Shown here: piece by piece, positions 30,137 to 37,883 of the stretch | Numbering within the stretch: the stretch's first letter is position 1 | Layout: every line of letters begins with the position of its first letter | Assembly (NCBI GenBank): GCA_032249395.1 | Contig: JAVVFY010000001.1 | Location: 825 to 64,824 of the forward strand | DNA length: 64,000 bases | Direction of reading: 5' to 3' | Origin: Candidatus Aenigmatarchaeota archaeon | GTDB taxonomy: Archaea; Aenigmatarchaeota; Aenigmatarchaeia; CG10238-14; SpSt-28 | Notes under the pieces: generated by a model | Databases searched by the model: none | Seen by the model: only the letters and a program-made list of their open reading frames with translations | What the model was told of the DNA's origin: nothing | Program-made: the position numbers and the translations under genes

Positions 30137-30499
30137 TTAAGAGATTTTTTGCAATTTAACCAATTTTAGGATACATTTTTTTTGAAACTCCTCTATAAGA
30201 TGTGTAATGTATTCATATAAAACTTACAAATATTCGTATGCTAGGATATTCCTCAATCTTGTGAATTCAGTAAGTTTAATCGATTTATTTTCTTTCAGTT
30301 TTGCAAACTTTCAAAGATATTATAAAGTTTCAGCATAGGTTTTTGGAACTTTAATTTTTTCAGAAGCTAGAATTATCTTTCCGACTTTTATCAATGAATT
30401 AATAATATTTCAACCAATCCTTCAACATTTCTCATATTATCTTTTTCTTTCAAATACTCATCAAAAATCTAATAGTCTAAATTTTTCTATTTCTTTCAT
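30137..30499 (-). pseudogene. Decayed HepT (DUF86) toxin gene remnant
   Basis: One continuous minus-strand frame reads MKEIEKFRLLDF**VFERKR*YEKC*RIG*NIINSLIKVGKIILASEKIKVPKTYAETL*YL*KFAKLKENKSIKLTEFTRLRNILAYEYL*VLYEYITHLIEEFQKKC... It is collinear with the HepT copy at 33972-34379 (PMSYSDAFEVLKE...AEFRNFLVHRY). The Rx4HxY motif has decayed to RNILAYEY, and there are 8 in-frame stops. Confidence 0.55.
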
Positions 30500-31003
30500 C
30501 TCTAATTCAAGAAATTGTAGTCTCTGATAAAGAACAATTTTTGCTTAAGGCGACAGAGATTTTGCTATCTTTTAAATTTTCTAATAACTTTTAGTAAAAT
30601 CTAAAAGGTTTCGGCTTTTAGTGTCTTTTTATAAATATAGCTTTCAAAAAACGTTTCTCATAATTTTATTAGAGTGAAATTCCTGTTTTTAGAACATCTG
30701 AAATTAAAGTTGTTTTGATATAGTTTAAACAAATAGGATCGATTTATTTATGCGTTAATTTCGTAACTTGAAATAATATTTTGTTCTCGATTCTCTTATT
30801 TTTTTGGTTTTTTCCATTAAAGGTAGAGATTTGTAGTTTTTAAAGTAAGCCGCTACGTCTAAATCAGATTTTCTCTTTTTAGTTTTCTTATCAGAGGAGC
30901 TAAAGAGAAGTGTGAGAGAATTTTTTAAAATATTGATGAAGAACATTGAGTATCTTTCCATATTTGATTCTTACATTCATTTAAAAAAGTATAAAATAAT
31001 TAA

Positions 31004-31480
31004 ATGGAGCATTGTATCTTTTGTAGGATTGTTGAAAAGAAATTACCATCTTATAAAATTTTAGAAGATGAAGAACACTTAGCATTTCTAGATATCTATC
31101 CAATTGTTAAAGGACAAACTTTAGTTATAACAAAAAAACACTTTGATAGTTATCAATTTGATTTACCAGATGACGTATATACCAAACTTTTCTTGTTTGC
31201 TAAAAAGGTTGGAAAGGTTTTAGAGAAAGCCTTAGGAGCTCTGAGAGTTTTTCTTGTTGTCGAGGGAATGGAGATAAATCATATTCACATAAAACTTTAT
31301 CCAGCATATAAAATTAATTCAAATGTTTCGCCAAAAATAATTGACGTTCTATCTAAAGACATAAAGGAAAATTGGTATAATGGATACATTGCAACTTTGC
31401 ATGGGGAGAGAGCAAGAGACGAAGAACTAAAAGAGATAAGCAATAAAGTTAGAGAGTATTTGATGAAGCAAAACATTTAA
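31004..31480 (+). CDS. HIT-family nucleotide hydrolase/transferase
   Basis: MEHCIFCRIVEKKLPSYKILEDEEHLAFLDIYPIVKGQTLVITKKH and the histidine triad INHIHIKLYP. Confidence 0.85.
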   Translation: MEHCIFCRIVEKKLPSYKILEDEEHLAFLDIYPIVKGQTLVITKKHFDSYQFDLPDDVYTKLFLFAKKVGKVLEKALGALRVFLVVEGMEINHIHIKLYPAYKINSNVSPKIIDVLSKDIKENWYNGYIATLHGERARDEELKEISNKVREYLMKQNI

Positions 31481-31502
31481 GTGAGGAAAAGACATCAAAA
31501 AA

Positions 31503-32912
31503 ATGAAAAAAGATATTCTTATTATAAATCCTAAAAGCAATGTTGCTATTTCTACTCTTTGGACCAAGAAAGATTTTCTACTTGAAAAAATTCCCGAAAA
31601 TTTAAAAAAGAAAGTTGGAATAATTGGAACAACTTATACCTCTCATGGCATAAACTACATTTTTGAAACTTTAGCAGAAAATCCGCAAATAGATACATTA
31701 ATTCTATATGGCCATGATTTATCCACTAGCGGAGAAACTTTGGCTAGAGTTTTCGGAGAAAAGAACACTAATTTACCAGTAATAATTCTTGATAAAGATA
31801 AGGTTGAAGAAATTGTTAGATCTGTTAAGCTTGTTGATTTAAGAAAAGAAGCAAAAGAAATGAAAATTGAAAAGCTTTTTGAAGAGGTCGAAAAGAATTA
31901 TAAAGAAGAAAAGCCAAAAAGAAAAAAAATTGATTTGAAAGTTGAAGAAAAGAGCAATATTGAAAGCTACCCATTTCCTTTAAGTGGACATTATATCTAT
32001 GACAATAAAAGCGTTTTTAGAGCCTGGGTTAAAATTTTGGATTTGATAATGAGGTTTGGCAGTTTGAAGTTTAGCGAATATGAAATTCCACAAAAGGAAT
32101 TTTTTAATGTTGTTGTTACTTTGGGTCTATATGGGAATGATTATAAGCTAGAAAAAGAGTTTTTTGAATTCATTGAAAAAGAAAATTTTGATAGGCACAT
32201 AAATGAAGTTTTAAATCCAAAAAAGCCAGAAGGCGTTGAATATACTTATGGAGAAAGATTTTTCGCTCATAGATTCGGCAAAAATCAAATAAACTATTTG
32301 ATTGAAAAGTTGTCTAAATCTCCATACTCTAGAAGAGCTTTAGTAGTTAGCTGGGATCATGAAAAAGATCAAAATATAGGAAATCCTCCTTGTATTATAG
32401 GAGTTCAAGGAATAATAACAGATAATTTCTACAATCATACTGTAATCATAAGAAGCAATGATATGTTTAAAGCTTGGCCACTAAATTTTGTTGCTCAAAT
32501 AGAACTTGCAAAATTTATTGTTAGTGAGATAAACAAGAGAGCCAATACTGACTATAAGATTGGTAGTATTACAAGCATAAGTATAAGCGCTCATATCTAT
32601 CAAACAGATTTCGAGAGAGCAAAAGAGGTTATAGAGAAGTATTCTGGAAAAATGAGGGAATTTGTAGAGGATCCAAAAGGAAACTTTTTAATTTATTTAG
32701 AAAATGGAAAAGTTGTTTTAGAGCATAGGACGCCAGATAATTCTTTTATTCTATGGAAAAATTCTTTTGAAACTTTTGAACAAGCCTACAGATTTTTAAA
32801 GAGTGGCAATATGTTTAGCTTTGCATCTCATGCTTTTTATTTAAGTAAGGAACTGAAGAACGCGTTTGATAAGCTGAAGAAAGGAGAAGATTATGAGCAA
32901 GATGCAGATTAA
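31503..32912 (+). CDS. thyA: Thymidylate synthase (ThyA family) with an N-terminal MtrA-like domain
   Basis: ThyA core: YSRRALVVSWDHEKDQNIGNPPCIIGVQG...IIRSNDMFKAWPLNFVAQIELAKFI (RR, catalytic PPC, RSxD, PxNF). The N-terminal ~170 aa (VAISTLWTKKD...GIIGTTYTSHGINYIFETLAENPQIDTLILYGHDLSTSGETLARVF) resemble tetrahydromethanopterin S-methyltransferase subunit A homologs. Confidence 0.7.
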   Translation: MKKDILIINPKSNVAISTLWTKKDFLLEKIPENLKKKVGIIGTTYTSHGINYIFETLAENPQIDTLILYGHDLSTSGETLARVFGEKNTNLPVIILDKDKVEEIVRSVKLVDLRKEAKEMKIEKLFEEVEKNYKEEKPKRKKIDLKVEEKSNIESYPFPLSGHYIYDNKSVFRAWVKILDLIMRFGSLKFSEYEIPQKEFFNVVVTLGLYGNDYKLEKEFFEFIEKENFDRHINEVLNPKKPEGVEYTYGERFFAHRFGKNQINYLIEKLSKSPYSRRALVVSWDHEKDQNIGNPPCIIGVQGIITDNFYNHTVIIRSNDMFKAWPLNFVAQIELAKFIVSEINKRANTDYKIGSITSISISAHIYQTDFERAKEVIEKYSGKMREFVEDPKGNFLIYLENGKVVLEHRTPDNSFILWKNSFETFEQAYRFLKSGNMFSFASHAFYLSKELKNAFDKLKKGEDYEQDAD

Positions 32913-33526
32913 ATTTTTTGCAATTTTTTAACAAGCTTCTTGAAAATTAAGTAAGTGATTATCGCAAGTATTATTGTAAAGAAAATTAAGTGTGAGAATT
33001 TTTCTAGTTGTAAGGCTTTCCAATTCTCTCCAAGAAAATATCCGAGAGAAGTTAAGAATGAGCACCAGATTAAAGAACCAAAGAAAGTATAGATTATATA
33101 ATCTTTGAGTTTCATTTTTGAAAAACCGGCTGGTAAAGAAATTAATTCCCTTATTCCGGGAAGCATCCTTCCAAAGAATACCGCTTTTCTACCATGTTTC
33201 TTAAACCAATTGTCAGCAGCTCTCAGTTTTTTCTTGTCTATGAAAAAATATTTACCATATTTTTCAACAAATTTTCTTCTAAACTTCAAAGCAGCGAGGT
33301 AGTATAATAAAGATCCTGTTGTTGTACCAACTGTTGCTATTAATATTCCTAGAATTAGTCCAAAAAAACTTAAATTATAGAAAGAGATGAGATACCCTGA
33401 TAAAGGTAGTATTATCTCGCTTGGTATTGGTGGAAATATTGTTTCTAGAAAGACGCCAAGAAATATCCCAAGGAAAAGATTTTGGTAAATTATTGCTATT
33501 AAAAAGTTTACTATTTCATTCAACAT
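32909..33526 (-). CDS. DedA/VTT-family membrane protein
   Basis: FPPIPSEIILPLSGYL...FFGRMLPGIRELISLPAGFSKM. Confidence 0.8.
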   Translation of the reverse strand: MLNEIVNFLIAIIYQNLFLGIFLGVFLETIFPPIPSEIILPLSGYLISFYNLSFFGLILGILIATVGTTTGSLLYYLAALKFRRKFVEKYGKYFFIDKKKLRAADNWFKKHGRKAVFFGRMLPGIRELISLPAGFSKMKLKDYIIYTFFGSLIWCSFLTSLGYFLGENWKALQLEKFSHLIFFTIILAIITYLIFKKLVKKLQKI

Positions 33527-33588
33527 TTCATTGATTTTGTTGCTCAGAATTTAAATAGAGGTTTTATTTTGGCAATAAAAAGTAATGA

Positions 33589-33985
33589 ATGGAGAAAGAG
33601 GAAATTATAAGAAAAATAGCCGAGGTTTTGGAAAAAGAAAAGAAAGTAGCATTTGCTTATTTGTTTGGCTCTTTTCTTTCAAACAAATATTCAAAAGATA
33701 TAGATTTAGCTGTTTATGTAAAAGGTAAAAGCTGATGTTAATTTTGAGGCGAGGCTAGCACTTAATTTATAGAAAGAGGTTGGAAAAGAGTTTGATATTT
33801 TTGTAATTAACGACAAACCAACACTTTTTCTTTCAGAAGTATTTAGAAGAGGAAAACTAGTGTTTTCGCGAGGTGAAAATTTGAGAGTTAAATTTGAAAC
33901 GGAAAAGATTCCAGAAATTTTAGAGTATAATGAGCTAATGAAGCAGTTTGATGAAAAGAGGTTTGAGAAATATGGAATTGGATAG
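33589..33985 (+). pseudogene. MNT-type nucleotidyltransferase (antitoxin) gene, disrupted
   Basis: MEKEEIIRKIAEVLEKEKKVAFAYLFGSFLSNKYSKDIDLAVYVKGKS then TGA. The reading continues in the +1 frame (ADVNFEARLALNL*KEVGKEFDIFVINDKPTLFLSEVFRRGKLVFSRGENLRVKFE...). This amounts to one frameshift in an A-run plus an in-frame TAG. Its end overlaps the HepT start (ATGGAATTGGATAG). Confidence 0.6.
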
Positions 33986-34379
33986 AAAGCTTATTCAGCT
34001 TATGATTGATGTTATAGAGAGAAATATTAAATAGGCTAGAGAGATTGTTGAAGGATAAATTAGTTATAGAGATGAATTAGCTTTAAAACATGCGCTTCTT
34101 GAGAGCATAGAAGCATGTTTCGATATTGCAAATCATATAATTTCTGCTTTTGATTTTAGAAGACCCATGAGTTATAGCGATGCTTTTGAGGTTCTAAAGG
34201 AAAATAGGATAATCTACAAGAAACTCGATGAAAGATTAAAAGAGATGGCTGAGTTTAGAAATTTTTTGGTTCATAGGTATGCTTTTGTTAAGAAAGAAAA
34301 ATTAGTGGAAATAGTAAAACAAGATATAAAAGACATTAAAGAATTTGTGAAAGTTGTTTTGAAATTAATCAAAAAATAG
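33972..34379 (+). pseudogene. HepT (DUF86) toxin gene with two in-frame stops
   Basis: MELDRKLIQLMIDVIERNIK*(TAG 34032)AREIVEG*(TAA 34056)ISYRDELALKHALLESIEACFDIANHIIS...MAEFRNFLVHRYAFV. The Rx4HxY motif is intact. Only the last 70 codons form an open ORF in the track. Confidence 0.7.
34371..34376 (-). terminator. Oligo-T tract directly after the tRNA discriminator base
   Basis: The minus strand reads ...CGGGGCU A TTTTTT. Archaeal RNA polymerase terminates at oligo-T tracts. Confidence 0.4.
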
Positions 34380-34461
34380 CCCCGGGCGGATTCGAACCGC
34401 CGTCTCAGGCTCCAGAGGCTTCCGCTAGATTCTGCGTCCTTGACCGCTAGACGACGGGGCT
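34377..34461 (-). tRNA. tRNA-Gln (anticodon CUG) with a 12-nt intron at non-canonical position 29/30; no encoded CCA
   Basis: Minus strand: AGCCCCG UC GUCU AGCGGUCAA GGAC G CAG[AAUCUAGCGGAA]GC CUCUGGA GCCUG AGAC GGCGG UUCGAAU CCGCC CGGGGCU A. It has a 7-bp acceptor stem with A1-U72 (an archaeal tRNA-Gln hallmark), a GUUCGAAUC T-loop, and after intron removal the stem CAGGC/GCCUG with U33 and G37. This is the only GC-rich stretch in its neighbourhood. Confidence 0.8.
34420..34431 (-). other. Putative tRNA intron (AAUCUAGCGGAA) between positions 29 and 30
   Basis: It must be removed to form the anticodon stem. A relaxed bulge-helix-bulge can be drawn with central helix (A)CGC/GCG(G), 3-nt bulges AG^A and AA^G, and outer helix AGG/CCU. 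Confidence 0.6.
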
Positions 34462-34514
34462 ATTGTGTTGTATTCCCAAAATTATTTTTATTTTTCATTT
34501 CAATAATTTTACTA

Positions 34515-35222
34515 ATGACAGAAAAACTTTTTTGGCAAGATGCTTATTTAAAAGAATTCGATGCAAAAGTTTTAGAGATTAGAGGAAAAGAAGTTATTTT
34601 GGATAAAACTGCTTTTTATGCTAGAAGTGGAGGTCAGCCAGGAGATACAGGAGAAATTAATGGAATAAAGGTTGTTGATACTTATTATGATGCTAATGGA
34701 AACATTGTTCATTTGTTAGAAAGAGAGCCAGATTTTAAAGTTGGAGATATTGTTCATGGGAAAATTGATTGGGAAAGAAGGCATAAGATAATGCGTTTGC
34801 ATACAGCAGCTCACATAATTTCTGCAGTTTTGGTAAAAGCTTTTGGTGATATAAGGTTTACAGGAAGTCAAATTTATGAGGATAGAGCAAGAATGGATTT
34901 CAATTTGGAAAAGCTTGATGACGAAATTGTTAGATTTATAGAAGAAAAAGCGAATGAAATTGTGGAAAAAGACTTACCAACATTTTCAAAGATAATTAGC
35001 AAGGAAGAATTGGAAAAACACCCTGAGTTGAAAAGATTGATGGATGAGAGCAAGTATGAAAAATTTGATGTTTTGAGAGTTGTTGGCATTGGTGATATAG
35101 ATTTACAGTTGGATGGAGGAACTCATGTTAGATCAACAAAAGAAGTAGGAAGAATAAAAATAGTTAAAAGGGAAAATAAGGGAAAGAATAATAGAAGGAT
35201 AACTATTGTTGTTGAGAGTTAA
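34515..35222 (+). CDS. alaX: Alanyl-tRNA editing protein AlaX (AlaX-M type)
   Basis: FWQDAYLKEFDAKVLEI..., TAFYARSGGQPGDTGEI, RLHTAAHIISA (HxxxH) and DGGTHV. ATG at 34515 is preferred because the tracked TTG start at 34440 lies inside the tRNA gene. Confidence 0.85.
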   Translation: MTEKLFWQDAYLKEFDAKVLEIRGKEVILDKTAFYARSGGQPGDTGEINGIKVVDTYYDANGNIVHLLEREPDFKVGDIVHGKIDWERRHKIMRLHTAAHIISAVLVKAFGDIRFTGSQIYEDRARMDFNLEKLDDEIVRFIEEKANEIVEKDLPTFSKIISKEELEKHPELKRLMDESKYEKFDVLRVVGIGDIDLQLDGGTHVRSTKEVGRIKIVKRENKGKNNRRITIVVES

Positions 35223-35270
35223 GTTTCAAGAATAACGAGAGTAGGAATAATTTTCTATCCTAATACCAAA

Positions 35271-36127
35271 CTATTTATCTTGTCTGTAAGCATAAAGGAA
35301 ACCAACTACTGTATGAGGATTTTTTGCGTATTTGTTGAAGGTATATATAGGTCTAGTAACTTTCACCTTGAATCCTGCTTTTAGTAGTTTTTTCATCAGA
35401 TTAATATAACCATAATGATATTCAATCATTATTTCTTTAAAAACTCTTAGATCCTTATTTGAGGCGTTTAGAATACTATTGTATTCACAACCTTCACAAT
35501 CCATCTTTAATATTGCATCTCTTAGTTTGAATCTTTTAATTATATCTCTCAATGTTGTAATCTTAACTTTTTTCCTTTCTTAAAATTCTTTAACTGTGCT
35601 CCAGGTGGGTTTTTATAATTTTTGTTAATGTAAATTAATCCTTTATTTCTTCCAATTGCTTCATTAAAAAGAGTAATCTTATTTTCTAATTTATTCATCT
35701 TAATATTTCAAGTAGCAATTCTATAGGAGAAAGGATAAGGTTCAAAAGCATAAACATGTTTTGCTCCATTCAATGCAAAATAGATTGAAGAATCCCCAGT
35801 ATATGCTCCTATATCCACAACTTCCTTTCCTCTCACCTTTAATATCTTATAATCTTGTTTTACAAATTGGCTCATATAAGAATATAGCATGTATAACGCA
35901 TGAACATTTGTAATATTAGGAAGATATAACCGTAGTAAGTGATTTTTCCATTTAAACTTAACAACATTTTTATGCGTAAATTTTAAGTTTACTTTTTTAA
36001 CTCTACGAAAAGTTAAAATTATCTCTGGTAAAAACCCAACAAATTTTCTAGCTATAATTAACAAAATAAGCCAAAAATAATCAAAAGAAGTTATATTCTT
36101 TCTCACATTTTTTATATATTCAAACAT
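35271..36127 (-). pseudogene. FkbM-family methyltransferase, disrupted (in-frame TGA plus a frameshift in a homopolymer)
   Basis: VVDIGAYTGDSSIYFALNGAKHVYAFEPYPFSYRIAT then TGA (35708-35710), continuing in frame as NIKMNKLENKITLFNEAIGRNKGLIYINKNY...KKGKK. A shift at the A6/T6 run (35578-35583) then gives VKITTLRDIIKRFKLRDAILKMDCEGCEYNSIL. Confidence 0.7.
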
Positions 36128-36162
36128 TGTTGTCTACCTAAAGGTTAATTTCCATAAAAACA

Positions 36163-36996
36163 TTAAAATCTATTTAAAGAACGTTCCCATATTATTTCAT
36201 ACTTATTTCTTTTTGCATCTATCGTTGCGCAAATCCTTGCTAGAATTTCTATAAAAATAACTATTAGAAGATTAAAAAAAGTTTTCAGCGAATGTTCTTT
36301 TCTTAGATACTCAAGAACTATTTTCAAAAGTAAGCTAATTTTCATGCTACTTGTTTCGAATTTATATCTTTCTTTTATTTGCAGATGGCCATTAAAGCTC
36401 CTTCTCCTTTGCCTAAAAAATTGAAGTAAGGTGTATGGTGTTTTGGTATATCCATAGGCTCTTGGTTCGTAAACAATTTTATATCCTGCTTTTCTTATTT
36501 TGTATTCTATAAAAACTTCATCGGCTGAAACTAAAGGAAAATCTTTGAAAATTTTTCTGAATAGCATTATTTCTGTTCCTTTTGGTTGATGTAAACAAAG
36601 TAAATGATGCAAATCCCAAATGATTTTTGAAAATTTGTATATTTTACTATTTTTATCAGCTATAGGTCTACCAACTACCGCACCGATTGTAGGATCTTTT
36701 AAATGAGAAAGTAGGTATTGAAGAAAATTTTTTCTTATTCTTATATCAGAAGTTAACAAGAGGACTAGAGATGTATTTATATGTTTTAATCCAATTTTTA
36801 TTGCATAGGATTTACCTTTTCTTTTTCTTTCTTTTATGACAACAATTTTCCTTGATTTAGGCAATTTCACTTCGTTAGGAGTGACGATAATGATTCGCTG
36901 AATATTTTTAGAGGGTTTATCTTTTAGAAGCGTATTAACAAGAGCAGTTAATCTTCTCTTTTCGAGAAAACTTGGTATTAAGACAGAAATTTTCAT
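36163..36996 (-). CDS. Glycosyltransferase family 2
   Basis: MKISVLIPSFLEKRRLTALVNTL...IIIVTPNE...KGKSYAIKIGL, the GT-A N-terminal pattern, with a C-terminal membrane-associated tail. Confidence 0.8.
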   Translation of the reverse strand: MKISVLIPSFLEKRRLTALVNTLLKDKPSKNIQRIIIVTPNEVKLPKSRKIVVIKERKRKGKSYAIKIGLKHINTSLVLLLTSDIRIRKNFLQYLLSHLKDPTIGAVVGRPIADKNSKIYKFSKIIWDLHHLLCLHQPKGTEIMLFRKIFKDFPLVSADEVFIEYKIRKAGYKIVYEPRAYGYTKTPYTLLQFFRQRRRSFNGHLQIKERYKFETSSMKISLLLKIVLEYLRKEHSLKTFFNLLIVIFIEILARICATIDAKRNKYEIIWERSLNRF

Positions 36997-37031
36997 AAAT
37001 TATTTATTTTTATTTTGTGATTAATATTAGT

Positions 37032-37862
37032 ATGGAAGGGATATTTCCATATTTCAAATTGAGAAGAAAAGAAGATGAATATGCTTTTCTTTATAAATCA
37101 AAAATTTTGAGAGAGAGCGAAAAGGCTTTCTCTAAAATGTATTTTTATCTTTTTCTGTATCCTTTTATTGAAGTAAGAAAGATTAAACCATCAAATAATT
37201 TGTCTATTTTAAAATTTGATGTGTGGGAAGAATCTTCTTTACGAGAGTCTAAAATAAGACATTTACCTTTTCTCATAAAAAAAATTTTCAATCCTAAAGA
37301 GATTTACTTTGTTGATATAGATAGGGAATTAGTAAAAATGGCAAGAAAAAATATTAAGTTTTTTGGTTTTAGAAAAGCTTTTGTAAAAAATGGAGACATT
37401 AAGAATCTTCCGTTTCCTGATGAAAAGTTTGATATAGTTATAGATTTTAGCACAACAGATCATTTGCCTTTTAAAGATTTGAAAAAAACAATAAAAGAAG
37501 TTTATAGAGTATTAAAGGAAGATGGAATATACTTGATTTATCATTTGAATTCCGAATATTTTAACATACAAAGATGGAATTATAGGTACAAGTCAGTTAA
37601 AATTGCTAACCTTACATTGCCCTCATTCCCTAGGAGTCGAAAGAGCGTAGAAAATGTGTTAAGGAGAAACGGATTTTTCATTCATAAGAAAGGATACACT
37701 TTCCCCTTTTATTTTGATAATGGTCTATCTATTTATTGGACACTCCTTTTAAATAATTTTTTTAGTTTACCGCCTTTTTTTCTTCATTCATTTTTCAATT
37801 TTCCAACCCTAAACTTGTTTTTTTATATAGTGGCAATTAAAAGATTAAATGATAGAGTTTAA
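37032..37862 (+). CDS. SAM-dependent methyltransferase-like protein (Methyltransf_11-like) with a degenerate motif I
   Basis: IYFVDIDRELVKMARKNI...FDIVIDFSTTDHLPFKDLKKTIKEVYRVLKEDGIYLI. The usual GxGxG motif is not evident (ILKFDVWEES). Confidence 0.55.
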   Translation: MEGIFPYFKLRRKEDEYAFLYKSKILRESEKAFSKMYFYLFLYPFIEVRKIKPSNNLSILKFDVWEESSLRESKIRHLPFLIKKIFNPKEIYFVDIDRELVKMARKNIKFFGFRKAFVKNGDIKNLPFPDEKFDIVIDFSTTDHLPFKDLKKTIKEVYRVLKEDGIYLIYHLNSEYFNIQRWNYRYKSVKIANLTLPSFPRSRKSVENVLRRNGFFIHKKGYTFPFYFDNGLSIYWTLLLNNFFSLPPFFLHSFFNFPTLNLFFYIVAIKRLNDRV

Positions 37863-37883
37863 TTTGTTTACCATAATTTATGT

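Noticed and set aside
30755-30961. 68-aa minus-strand ORF in the smc-HIT gap
   Set aside because: It has no family signal and a basic, low-complexity composition, and it lies in a region that otherwise looks like decayed DNA. I cannot support it as a gene.
34377-34461. A type II (long variable arm) tRNA, or a split-tRNA half, as the explanation for the 84-nt length; also the duplicated UCUAGCGG octamer as splice boundaries
   Set aside because: No anticodon stem forms under a long-variable-arm model. Both tRNA halves are present contiguously. Removing the segment between the octamer copies destroys the D-arm, whereas removing 12 nt at 29/30 gives a perfect cloverleaf.
34440-34514. TTG-initiated N-terminal extension of alaX
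   Set aside because: It overlaps the tRNA-Gln gene on the other strand. The conserved AlaX sequence begins at the ATG at 34515.
33589-36127. Stop-codon reassignment as an explanation for the in-frame stops in MNT, HepT and FkbM
   Set aside because: All three stop codons (TGA, TAG, TAA) occur in frame. They are accompanied by frameshifts, and every well-conserved gene in the window terminates normally on these codons.
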